Shown piece after piece: positions 50,039 to 62,800 of a DNA stretch of 64,000 nucleotides. The notes under the pieces are model-generated. The model saw nothing but the letters and a program-made list of their open reading frames with translations. It did not search any database and was not told where the DNA came from. The stretch lies in NCBI RefSeq assembly GCF_947568905.1, contig NC_079164.1, positions 29,698,001-29,762,000 of the forward strand, given 5' to 3'. The stretch's first letter is position 1. Each line of letters starts with the position of its first letter. Both the position numbers and the translations under genes were made by a program. The stretch comes from Ostrea edulis (lineage: Eukaryota).

Positions 50039-51235
50039 TTATAATGGAAAACATTCCTGATCAATTTTTCTTCTCTGAATATTGGGAACATCGGTAACGT
50101 TGTAGCGTGTAATGAACTCAGCACATGATGTTTTTCCTGCCGCGTAATGAAGATGTCTGTACATTTTGACTAGGAGGTTATGGTTATAGTCTTTATCCTG
50201 ATGTTTGAGTCCCTCGTAATTTCCCTGAATTGTTGTCTGATGAACAGCCAAGAGCGTCTCGGTAGCGTCAATCACATTCCCACGCTTTCTAGCGTCCAGT
50301 ACGAGCCAATTGTCGTATGCTCGTCTACCAACAATAACTTCTGGAATATCTTTCCAAGGAAAGTTTTTCATTGTTATGAAATAGTCCTCACCCCACGCGG
50401 TAAACAAAGATCCTCTAGCGTCCGTTGTTTCAATTAATGTTGATTGGTTCTCAGCGTCAGTTGACGTCACATTGTCCACGTTTGTTCGCCTGCCGATAAT
50501 CATCAATGGGTGTGATTTGTTTACACTAGAATTCAGTATTGCCATCAGCGTTATAAGAAGAGTATCAGTAAAAAGAATATCTCCATTTGCGTAGGCATAA
50601 AAAGTAGAATTGTAAACACTGATAGTATCTAAATACATATGTTTGAGAACTGGTACTCCTTTTCGTGTCTTAGAGATGGGTAAAACTTTCCATCCCATAC
50701 TTGCTACCCTGCCAGATAAATCAGCCTCGTTAGTGAACATGATCGGTTGGACAAATGGTTTCAAAAGATTCCAGTTTTTCACTGTATTGTTATGACACGT
50801 GTATTTTTCGGTGGATACTTTCCACGTTGTAAACAACGTCAGTAAAGTTTTATTTGCATTCAACAGTTCCAGTGCTAGGTTTTCTACATACTTGGGAATG
50901 TTGGAAAAATTAGATTCCACATAAAGTGCAGATCTGGGTACAAGAGTACTGGAGTAATTCTGGATTATATTTCTCTCATTATCCATAAATTCCTCATCAT
51001 TTATTAACCATTTGCTGGTATAAGCCCACCAATCTAGCAGATTCTCTTTCCATGACCGAAAGTCATTAAGCGCCCCCTCTATCAGGTCGCGGTTGGCTAG
51101 GGCTTGTAGACTGACCTTAGAGTAAAGGTGCATATAGATAAGCATGCAGAGAGCGCACAACGCTATGATTTTAAGGTGAACTGTTTTCCTTGCAAATATT
51201 CTTTGTACCCGGATGTCGCTTCTACTTTGAACCAT
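50039..51235 (-). CDS. Type II membrane glycosyltransferase-like protein, 398 aa, single coding exon
   Basis: N-terminal TM (IIALCALCMLIYMHLY), GVPVLKHM, YAYANGDILF, IIGRRTNV, PEVIVGRRAYDNWLV; acceptor tttcag| at 51248-51249. Confidence 0.75.
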   Translation of the reverse strand: MVQSRSDIRVQRIFARKTVHLKIIALCALCMLIYMHLYSKVSLQALANRDLIEGALNDFRSWKENLLDWWAYTSKWLINDEEFMDNERNIIQNYSSTLVPRSALYVESNFSNIPKYVENLALELLNANKTLLTLFTTWKVSTEKYTCHNNTVKNWNLLKPFVQPIMFTNEADLSGRVASMGWKVLPISKTRKGVPVLKHMYLDTISVYNSTFYAYANGDILFTDTLLITLMAILNSSVNKSHPLMIIGRRTNVDNVTSTDAENQSTLIETTDARGSLFTAWGEDYFITMKNFPWKDIPEVIVGRRAYDNWLVLDARKRGNVIDATETLLAVHQTTIQGNYEGLKHQDKDYNHNLLVKMYRHLHYAAGKTSCAEFITRYNVTDVPNIQRRKIDQECFPL

Positions 51236-51476
51236 TTCTCCATATCCTGAAAAAAAATATACCTAAATGAATTTGAATGGGTATTGTCATGATGTAATAT
51301 TTATATTTGTTGGAATTTAGTTGATAGGAAATTAAACATGTAATATCTATAATGATAGGGTAAAGATGGTTTGAATTCAGTGAAGAAGAAATGTATCAAT
51401 TTAAAACATGGCATGATACAAAGTATCCACTATTTTTATCCCTTTTAGTACTTTTATGGAAATGTCAATGGTCACC

Positions 51477-52192
51477 AGGCCTGGTGTGTAATATGTAATG
51501 GTAATGTAATGACAGCCAATTTCAGTATAATGGTGGTGTAATGTGTAATGGGCATTACAAGTAATGGTAATATAATGCATTACTTGTAGAAAATATACTT
51601 TAATGTACATTACATTCCATTACATTTACATTACTTCAAATACTCGATGATATTTTGAATGGTTAGATTAATTCATTATATTAGTGAATTACTTTTAGAC
51701 CTTGAACAAAAAGATCAACTTCATGTATATTGTCTTTTAAGAGTAAATAGTATTTAATGAACAAGGTATAGTAAGTCACCACTTTATTTATTGAATGTTT
51801 CCCTAGGGCTGTTTGTAAAGTTTCAAAGTAGACTGTTGTGAACTGTTTTCAGATATTGTTCTTTCTTTCAGAAATATGTTCTCTGAAAGATTAAACATTG
51901 GTGATAATCAAATGCAATGAATACCTTAGATGCATTTCCTAACATTGATGAATAATTTGTGTGCTTATGTTACTGTGTACATGTATTTAAAATTCATCAA
52001 TCATTATAAAGAAATAATTTTTCTATTTCTTTAATATCAGTATGTTATGTAATGTGTAATGTAATGTAATGTACTCTCAAGTAATGTGTAATGTAATGCA
52101 TTACATTTCAAAATAGGTGTAATGGTAATGATAATGTCAAATTTTTAAAGTAATGTAATGCATTACATTGCTATGTAATTGACCCCAGTCCT
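51477..52192. mobile_element. MITE with (GTAAT)n subterminal repeats
   Basis: AGGCCTGG.. / ..CCAGTCCT ends; near-duplicated flank caat(t)ggtcac. Confidence 0.6.
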
Positions 52193-52373
52193 CAATTGGT
52201 CACATACCTTTCATGTCCAATTGCACCGGGTATTAGGACATTCACTGTCGTTGATCCGCTCCTTTTAATACAAAATGAAACGAATGATCAATGTTACCTG
52301 TAAGCGCGTGCATGATATGTCTGCTGTATTTAGCGTTCTACCAATGCCAATGTCTTTTATCGCTTTTATCAAA

Positions 52374-52501
52374 NNNNNNNNNNNNNNNNNNNNNNNNNNN
52401 NNNNNNNNNNNNNNNNNNNNNNNNNNNNNNNNNNNNNNNNNNNNNNNNNNNNNNNNNNNNNNNNNNNNNNNNNNNNNNNNNNNNNNNNNNNNNNNNNNNN
52501 N
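52374..52501. other. Assembly gap (128 N)
   Basis: Run of N. Confidence 1.
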
Positions 52502-52502
52502 A

Positions 52503-52900
52503 ATGGGGCTTTAATACATGTTCTGATGGCAGATGCCTGATGTGCAGACACAGCGCGAGCACAGAGAGTTTTTAAGAGCCCAGTCACCGGCCGATGCTAC
52601 CGAATTTTTGGGGACACATCCTGTTGCACGGACAACTGCATCTATTTCATAAGCTGCAAGGTATGTGACCAACAATACGTAAGTGAAACTGGAGACCTTT
52701 GTAGAAGGATCAATAACCATCGGTCTATTCCATTGAAACCAAAAGGATCAAAGAACCCGTTACTGAGCATTTCAATATCGCAGTACACAAATGGGAAGAC
52801 ATGACAGTAGTGGTTATCGACCATAATACTCACTGGACCAATATGGAGAGGAAAAACAAGGATAAATTCTTGATGCATAGACTGAAGTCATTTCGCCCCA
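52503..52900 (+). pseudogene. Penelope-like element GIY-YIG endonuclease remnant
   Basis: C..GRCLMC, NCIYFISCKVCDQQYVSETG, RINNHR, EPVTEHF, LKSFRP across frameshifts. Confidence 0.8.
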
Positions 52901-53294
52901 ATGTCAAGGACAAAACGTATGACTTCACCAGAATGAATGTGGCGTAGCTTCCCCTAGTTATTCTCAGTGTTGTCATGTCTGTTTTACACTTTCTTTTGCA
53001 GTTTACTTTCTGTAACAGCATCAACATTAGCAGTCAATTTCTTAAACAAATTACATGTACATTTGTATATCGTATTATTTATTCATTGTTTTATTTTTAT
53101 TAATTAAATCCATATTTAGTCCCCTAATTATTTCTTTCACGTTATTTATATACTCCAATACCAGATTTTATTGCATTATTCTTCTATTTGATGTTTTATT
53201 TAATTTTTCAGTACAGTTCAACACTAGTTATAGAGCTTCACACCTCTAGGTACGAATTACTTTTTATAACCCTTTATTAGAACGAGTTATCATA

Positions 53295-53878
53295 GGTGGC
53301 AGGGGACAGAGTTGTTTTTGTTTTTTGGTTCTGTAACATTTGGGTAGGGGTTATACATCAAAGTCAGATTATGACAGACTAATGAAAAATCTATTTCCCT
53401 TTTATGTCAATACTTGTAATCTATGCATACTGGTACTGGTGCACAAAACATGCTCTGAGCAGCCCCGTTCTCACTTTGATGTTTTCTTCTTTGGGCTAAT
53501 CCGCACCACCCACACACCGTCAAAGTATCGTGTTAGAGGATTTAGACAGTGTGTACTTTCAAGAACCCTGTCTGCCCTTCTTAAAAATGTACCTTTCATA
53601 TGGGGTTATCCACGTTCCCTCTCAACTACAGACCTTTTGTTGGGCCATGCATGTTTTTCACCTGAATATCTTCAGCAACTGGCCATATATTTTTGTTTCG
53701 TATTTGCACGCATCTATATGCTAGGAATCATGGTGACACTTTTTCATTAAGCACTACGCTACTCTTGACATGCATTCTAAAATTATTTTTATACATTTCT
53801 AGACATGTAATATCACTCTAAATATGGAATATTTCCATTTTTTAAGTTGACCGGGTATATAATCTGTCCCCTGCTACC
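53295..53878. mobile_element. Possible MITE
   Basis: GGTGGCAGGGGACAGA / TCTGTCCCCTGCTACC inverted ends. Confidence 0.4.
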
Positions 53879-54614
53879 ACACCACTTATCTTACTGATCA
53901 GTTACCATCTTCTTTCTGAACAAAAACTTTAAAAATCTTAATTTCACTAAATAAATAAATAATAATAATAATAAAAAAAAGAAATCTTTTTCACTGACCA
54001 ACTCATGAATTGAATTCTATCAATTTTCGTAGATAATTTACTAGCATACTCAAAGTTTACTTTTATGTTGATCTAAAATCAACTGAAAAGACATTTTTGA
54101 TTTAAAGTTAGCAAATTCTAAATTAGTATATCAACATGCATTTTTCTATGATTTTCAAAGCCATGAATACTCCTCCCCCCCTCCCTTAACGCAGAAATTT
54201 ATAAGTAGTTAATAATGAAAATATTAATTAATTTGAATTAATGAATGAAATTACTGAGTATATGTATATGATTAATTGAAACTGAAATAACGAGGGATTT
54301 ATATTTACTTTGCATCAGGTATCTGCTTTTTGATTGAAAAATGCCTTTTCTCAGATTTTCAAGGCAATAACGATCATTTGAAAAAAAAAATATGGTGATT
54401 TTGATAAGAATTGTTAAAAAGGACATTTGTAAATAAAATATTCTACCAAAACTCAAATCGCTCAAACCACTTGATTATATGCACATTGTTTTAATGAACA
54501 TTACGTAATTTTTCAAAAGTGAAAAATTAATAACTTGCAGAAGAAGTACAAAATTGAATTCAAATGAAGAATAATCTTTTTTTTTAAAAATTGTTTTAAA
54601 CAACCGTATTCATT

Positions 54615-54653
<39 letters not shown>

Positions 54654-55580
54654 AAATTCTAGATTGATAATGTTAAACCTGTAGGAGTAAAAGAGAAATA
54701 ATGAACAGCAGACGACAGACAAGAACAGAGCGCTAAACATTGTCAGCGCATTAGCGATGGGTCCATACAAACTATCTAAATTCAAGTAATGCATGTTTCA
54801 CATTAACTTAATCTGATTCTTCATCACAGTAACATAGATGTGAATTTTCCAGGAATTCTCCCCTTCAGTTGTTACGTACCTTTCAGTATTGTGAACTTGA
54901 TGCGGAAGAAGGGGACACGGAAAATGGATATCTTATTGAAATATATCACGACATCAATCGTTCCTCCTCTGGCGAAACATCTCCCATTTTATGAGGCGAT
55001 AATGATTGAGTGGAATATTATCACTTCGTTACAATATACGATAATTTTAGGACTGTTGAAAGCGAATTGCTCAGTATGCAATTATTAGCAGATATTATGA
55101 CAGAGATAAACAACTTGACATCTAAAGAAAAGAAATCCTACTAAATAAGCAAAAACTACACAGAAATGAAAATATGCACGTACATGTTCGTATCATTTAC
55201 GCAATCAAGCGTCATTTTCTATAACATATATTGTGCTAATAAAACAGTGCAATGTGAGAATAAATTGAATTACATCTGGTGCATGAAAATTGGTACCGTA
55301 TAAGTTTTGCATGCAATATGAAAACAGTCTACAGATAAATTGAATAATGTGCATGCTGATAACACGATCTAACCGTTACACTGGAGAAGGATCTGACAGT
55401 TTGAGGTCATGTTATTTCACCTTTCACCCTTAACCAATCAGATGACGGCTTTCGCTAACATGAAAATAATCGGCGAAGATGGCGGAGGCCATGAGCGATG
55501 CTAAAATGCCACAGAAAAAATATAATGGATGTATAGTATCTAAGATCCTTTAACGCTGATATTTGGAATTCGTTTAAACT

Positions 55581-55840
55581 GGGATCCGGGTTTGAATAGA
55601 TCCTCAGTAACCCTTGCTTGTCGTAAGAGGCAACTAAATGGGGCGGTCCTTCGGATGAGACCGCAAAAACCGAGGTCCCGTGCCACAGCAGGTGTGGCAC
55701 GATAAAGATCCCTCCCTGTTCAATGGCCATAAGCGCCGAGCATAGGCCTAAATTTTGCAGTCCTTCTCCGGCATTGGTGACATCTCCATATGAGTGAAAT
55801 ATTCTCGAGAGAGACGTTAAACAATATTCAATCAATCAAT
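55581..55840 (+). mobile_element. SINE (Deu/Nin-like)
   Basis: Flank duplication cgt(t/g)taaact; (CAAT)n tail. Confidence 0.8.
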
Positions 55841-58675
55841 CGTGTAAACTTTTCATGGATCGACGCCCGAATTCACTTCAGTAAAGCGATTCCTGATTGG
55901 TCCTTGATTCTTTGTCAAGCTATTGTTATTGGTCGACTATTTATTGAATTATTCATGAGACTGTGGTCAATAACATGACCTCAAATGCAATGCGGTCAGA
56001 TCCTTCTCCATTGTAAAGGTTAGAGAAGAATGAGATTGGCACAGTGTGTAGGTAAATTAAACAGCGTGCATTCTAATAGTAATGTGCAGATAAATTGAAT
56101 ATAGTGCATTCTGATAATACAGCATAGATTCCGCCCATCACAGTTACGACATACGTGTCGCAAAAACGCAGATTCGCACGATAAAGTAAACAATGGCGAC
56201 TACTGCAAATATTCTCGAGATTTTTCCAGTCGATATTTCATTAGATTACGTTAAGAATATCTTCCCCGTTGCTACGCGCCTGATAAATATATAGCAGGGT
56301 CTAACAGAGCAGAATGAAAATACATTTATATTTATAAATCGTTTCGATATTTTTAAATTTACAAAAAATGCCCTCGTGAAACAAAATTTCAAAGCGACAA
56401 TTTTAGAGAAAAACTCGAAGAACATGTTCATGCTAAATTTATTTTGTTTCACGGCGGCAGTTTTTCTGAAATTCGGGGATACCCCTCCATTTTAACGCTA
56501 AAATCATATAAATCGCTTATTGCTTGGTTTAAACTCGAAATACTTTGGCCAATTTTGTCAATACACGTCTTTTAAACTTATTTTTAAAAAAAATATTGAA
56601 TCAAGATATACAAGTTCTAATTGGTTTTATCATACATTTGAATAACTTAATTTTTTCAATCTTCAATGCAACACCTTGTAACACCAATGTAAAGCGTCTT
56701 ATTGTTTATGAATTAGATATTGTGATAGTCAAATTAGAATACTTATTTTTATCCATATCTTCCAACGAACTATTCCTAGCGGCGAAATGTTACGAACTAA
56801 TGTAGTTCGGATTAAAGTAAACGAAGGGAAATATTTTAAATGCAAATCAGATAGTTTGTAAGGATAAAGTATGATGGTTTGTAGTTGGATATGAAGGTTC
56901 GGCAATAGAAAACACACAATTCTTCCTTATATAATGATAATGAGATAATCCCCAGTAGCAAAAAGACAAACATAGTCAGTATACTTGTTCTGATAAAATC
57001 CAGCCGAACTGAACTAAGCCGGCGACGCGCTAAGAATCAAGTGACCCGGCTACAGTACAGTAATGAAAATGTTGACCTTGTATTGTATAAACATTATTCG
57101 GCATAGAAATGACCAACATATTTACAAATCAGGTTTATTTCACCCGTGTAAAATTTAAAAAGATTATATCTTAGAATAAGCAACTCTCGATACCACTGTT
57201 TCCAAGGACGCCAGCTGAAGCCGCCTTCGCCCGTCAAAATTTTCCTGCTCAATCGGCTTACCTGGCGGAATGTGTGCGCAATTCCGGCTCACAATCAAGT
57301 GTGCCGCCGGTCATCGCCGGGTAACCCGAGTACGTCGGATCGTTAGAATCAAGTATGCTAAAGGTGAAATTATTTTGTGTGTGTATGTGTACACAGCGTT
57401 TGCTGCGACGCAGTTGATTCCTTTCCACACGCATTGTGACGTCATCAGTCTGATAAAATGAGATAACACTAAAAATCAAATGCATCTACCAACGAGGAAA
57501 AATGATGCATATACGAAGGCTGTTCGATATGTAATGTGTATTGTACCACAGCGCGATAACGTTTTGCACGATTTCGTGGATGATACTGTAACATGGTTGT
57601 CAGGGTAAACAAATCTCAGACTTTGGTAGCGAGTAGCATACGATTCTGGTATTGAATCGAGTTATAAAACTCTGGTAGCGAGTGAATTTCAAGTAAATAA
57701 GACAAGGCGGTATCAGTTTTGATCAAATAATATTACGATTTCAGTAGCATAGAAATGATATTTACAATGAAAACAATGTGTTTTTTTAAGACAAGATGGG
57801 GAATTCTGTAGTCCAAAACGGAAATGGTTAAAACGAAAGTGAAAATGAAACTAAAGATGATTTATAAACAAGTCGAGATGGATTGGCACATCTCCCTGGG
57901 ATTGGCAGTAATTTAAATGGGGGATAGCTTACCGACAGCTAAAACACGTCCGTCTCGGATCTGTCCAGGATGAGATCTTTAACTTAAACGATGGGAGTTG
58001 GAGCGACTCCCATAACGACATAAGTAGTCGCACGTGTGACAACAGTAACGAAGCATCTTCGCCCAAACAATGGCGTCTTCGTAGATGGTCACGACCATGT
58101 AAACATTGGACTACAGTAAAGGCTAAAGAATTCCATCTCAGCTTATTACAATATATAGTAAATATATACATAAATATATACAAATCAACAAAGCCATTCC
58201 TGAAATGTAAAACAGGACAATATGAATTAATGAAGCTCTAGAAGACGTCTTCCCTTCTATATGGCTCACATTAAATGTATGTACAAATTGAATGACCACA
58301 TATGTGTATATACAAATATGGAAAGATGAAACTAAATGAACATGACTATTATGAATGAATAATAAATAGATTAAATGGATCTCAAATTATCCACATGCAA
58401 TTACCTAGTGATTCAAGTATTAAACACCACACAACTACAGTCATGATATATGATACATATATAAAGTCCAACCCCCACTCACACTATTTGCCTTTACTTA
58501 CCCAAATCCGTTACAATTCCCGCCAACTTAATAAAATTTCGTCCCGAAATGTAATGTTAAAATGAATTTCAAAATGTCTGGGTATCCTTCTCTCTTGTCT
58601 GTAATGCACGGGGATCCCTGGTCCAAGTCTCGGAAAGTAAGTACGTTCTTCCATCAGGAAAGTAAACTGATTCAT

Positions 58676-59512
58676 CTATCTGGACCTGCTAGTATCCGGA
58701 GGGAATGATCCTACGTTTGTAGTTCTGAGTGTGTTGTTTGGCTGCTGTACGCTCGGCCCGTAGAAGTGTGCCTTCATGAGCAAACAGGGAGCGTTGGCAA
58801 AGAGAAACCGGGGGTCGGCCGCGAAACAACTAGGATCCCATGGATTTGTGTCCATAGCAGTGTTCGTGGTAGATACCTCCATGGTTTCAGTATGGGCGTC
58901 AACCATGGTGACTGGTTGAGGGATCCGGTCATTTGTCTGGACTCCAGAATCCACCATGGTAACTGGTGGCATACAGGATGACTCCTCCCATGGTTCCGTC
59001 TGGATGTTGTTAGCTTCCATGGGAGTTGGCTGGTCCTGTACGTCTGGCACCATGGCTTCTTCTGAGTCCAGGAATGAAAGAGACGGATAATCTGGCTCCA
59101 TCTACCCAGTCGCTGGCATATGTAGGTCGTTCCACAGGGCCTCAAATTCTGGATCGTACTGCATACCTCCTTCTGTAGATGAAATCACCGAAGAGGAACA
59201 TCAGGAATCCTGAGTCGTTGCCATTGGCTTTGATGGTGGTGGTCGGATGTTCACAGACTTGACCCGTGGTTGCCGGGTGGAGCGTCTTCTATGCATCTCC
59301 TCGTGCTTCCGAAAGGCGTATGCTCTCGTCTTCGGACACTCATAGCCACATCCTGGTACTTTGCATATTAGTTATTCTCCATGGCTGGTTCTTATATGCC
59401 GGAGGAGTTAAGCTTTCTCGGGAAACCTTCTCCCACATTCATGACATTGGAATTGGTATTCCGGGGGCAAGGTACAAGCATAAGTGAAGTCTTTGTATTG
59501 GAATCTTGACAT
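58676..59512 (-). pseudogene. Gypsy-2 accessory ORF (279 codons, one frame, 4 point-mutation stops): two C2H2 fingers plus VQT motif
   Basis: ttctcttttcgtctttccag|TC ATG at 59512; FQCHEC-x12-H-x4-H; LICKVPGC-x14-H-x3-H; VDSGVQT. Confidence 0.8.
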
Positions 59513-59829
59513 GACTGGAAAGACGAAAAGAGAACATATCATAGTAAATCATCTTCATCTATATAAAATCTACATTTTCCCTGGCAATGGGAAAATGAAA
59601 TGTCTACTAGATCAAAGGGAACATTTATCATTCCTGAATCAATAGTTTCTATAAAAAATGGACTTCACAATAACAAAATAGGTCTAAATAAGTCTATCCA
59701 GGTCCCTCCCATATTTATCAAATTTAATTTTAAAAAATATAGATCCTGGTCATGGATCTACTTCTGCTGTGAACGAGTCTGGGCTGGGACAGTGGGCACA
59801 AACCACCTTCTAACATTCCCCACGTAAGG

Positions 59830-62800
59830 CTTTAACCTATTCATGTTGACTACTTTAGACTTAGATTTGGGCCCTTTCTGAATCTGATAAACTAAATCAG
59901 ACAGTTTCCTAATCACTGTATAGGGTCCGTCTCATTTACATTTCAATTTGGGAGACTTCCCTTTCCCATAAAAAGGGGTTAAACAACCAAACAGCTTCTC
60001 CCACAGAAAATGTGTTACTGGTAGATCTAAGGCCATACTGTCTTTTCTGCTTGTCACTAGATTTAGTCATTTGTTCACGTGCTAAGTCATGAATTTTCCA
60101 CATCTTCTCCAAGAAAGTCTCTAAGTAAGTACATACGTCTTGGTCACAAGTGTGATTTCTGAACATGTCAATGGGTAAATCTAATTCTCGTCCGAACATC
60201 ATCATAGCAGGTGTTTCACATGTACTTTCGTGAACAGATGATCTGTACGCATACATTACTAAAGGAAGGAACTCATCCCAGTCTTTGCATAGATTCGATG
60301 GTACGATTTAACTGTTCTACCAATCTGTCCCCTTGCGGATGATAGGCTGTGGTTCTTGTCTTATCTATATTAAGAAGTTTACATATATTTTGAAAGAGGG
60401 ATGACTCGCATTGTCTCCCCTGGTCTGTGTGGATGCAAGATAACGAACAGTGATCAATCTCATAACTCCTATAAGCAATACAAATAGATAGTTGGGCAAA
60501 CACGGACCCCTGGACACACCAGAGGTGGGATCAGGTGCCTAGGAAGAGTAAGCATCCCCTGTTGGATCTGATGTGGTATTCCGAACCTACTAATAAATTC
60601 ATTCAACAGTAAATCAGCAATTGTTTTTGTTTCCTGGTTTTTCATTGGATAAGCCTCTACCCATCGCGTAAAATAATCTGTAATCACAAGAATGTATTTA
60701 TTTTCAAAGTTGGACACAGGTAGATGTCTCATGACATCCAGTGCAATTCGTTCCAGTGGTACTCCCACCTTATATTGCTGTAACGTCCTCTTATACTTCT
60801 CATGGGTCTCTTTTGAGCTTGACACTGGTGGCATCTTGCAATCCACCGTCTTACAACGGCATGGTAATCATTCCAGTAGAAACTACTTCGGACCCTGGCT
60901 ATTGTCCGGCTAATCCCTAAGTGTCCAGCCACAGTTCTATTATGCAATAGCCGTAGCACTTCTTTTCGCCAACATTTTGGCAACAACAATTGCCAGGTTA
61001 CAGAGTTTGAATCTGTGTTAATCCATCTCTTATTTCGAGTCTATCCCATTGAGACCAATAGGTTTTCAATACATAAGGTAAGTGTGATATGTTTTTCCAT
61101 GGAGGGCGTCCAATTGTACTCTCTTTCCATAAAAGGATATGTTTTATTGTGTTGTCTTCCAGTTGAACAATCCGTAATTCAGCCATAATTTTTCCAGTTA
61201 TCCAAGTATTTGCTTCTGATGTTTGTTCAATTTCAGCATGTTCTTGAATATTTCTTACGAACTGAGGTTAATAGTGACCATTAGTGTTTTCTTGTTTTGT
61301 AGGTAAGCTCATAACAGGTGGGTGATTATTGGAAAAGCTTATTTCTTTTGTTTCCTGTCTATCGCAGTATCTACAATCATCACATGGGCGTCTGGACAAA
61401 CCATCTGCGTTTTGGTGTTGACGTCCAGGTCGATGATGAATGGTCATATTATACGTGTCAAGTACTTCTATCCAACGTGCTAGTTGATCTTCTGGGTTTT
61501 TAAAAAATCTTTTCAACCAAGTCAGGGCTCCATGGTCAGTACGTATTGTAAAATGGGTACCATATATGTAGTGATGAAAGTGCTTCACAGAATCGACAAC
61601 TGCAAGGAGTTCTTTTCTTGTTACACAGTATTGTCTTTCGTTTTTGGATAACGTACGACTAAAATAAGACACCGGGTGTTCACCATCACCATGAAGTTGG
61701 GATAAGACGCTACCAATTCCAAATCCACTGGCATCTGTATCAAGGATGAATGGTTTGCTCATATCAGGATAAACTAGAATTGGTGAAGTAGCAAGTGCAT
61801 TTTTCAGTTTTTTGAAAAACGTCTTCAAATTCAGAGGTCCAGGCAAATGAGCTATCTTTTTCTGTTAATTTACTGAGTGGTTTAGCAATTATAGAAAATC
61901 CTCTGATAAAGCGTCTGTAGTAAGAGACTGTTCCAAGAAAACTACGCAGCTCTTTGACAGTTTTTGGTTGGGGCCATGTTTTAATGGACACTGTTTTTGA
62001 AGGGTCTGGAGCAATTCCACTCTCTGATACTGTGACCTAAAATTTGACCTGTTTTTTTAAAGACTTTACATGTTTTTGGGGGATATTTTCAAACCGGCAT
62101 CTCCTATTCTTTGTAAAACTTTTCTAAGTCGTTCGAGGTGAGTATCAAAACCTTTTGAAAATATAATGATATCATTTATGTAAATCGAACAAGTCTGCCA
62201 TTGGAGTCCTCTGAGGATGCACTCCATTAATCTTTCAAAGATTTCAGGACTGTTGCAAAGACCAAAGGGCATAGTTTGGAACTCGTAAAGACCACTAGTT
62301 GTTACAAAGGCTGTTTTTTCACTATCTGATGGGTGCATATCAACTTGCCAAAATCCACTTTGAAGGTCCAATACCAAAAACTATTTTGATCCTTGGAGGG
62401 CATCTAAAGAATCATCAATCCTTGGGAGTGAATACGAGTCTTTAATAGTTACACTATTTAGTTTCCGGTAATCAATACAAAAGCGAATTGAGTTGTTAGG
62501 TTTTTGAACTAACACTATCGGTGAGGCCCATGGTGATTTTGATGGTTTGATAACTCCTGTTTTGAGCATATGTTGTTATGCAGCTTCAGTCCCAGACTGG
62601 TGTACTGCAGGGTGGGGAAATAACCTCGAAGCCAAGTAGTAATTCAATACTTTATTATGGTTATGGCTTCACAAGAGGTAAAAGACTGAAATTAAATATA
62701 AATCACAAATAAACTCCTACACAGAAAATTCCTGATTTAGAAAAAAAACACTTATTACTCATATAATTTCACCTAACTGACTTTGGCAACAATATGATTT

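Noticed and set aside
49469-50060. Ser/Leu/Phe-rich or Glu/Arg-rich ORFs
   Set aside because: Translations of the CT-rich low-complexity tract.
52275-52587. ORFs containing X runs
   Set aside because: They span the N gap.
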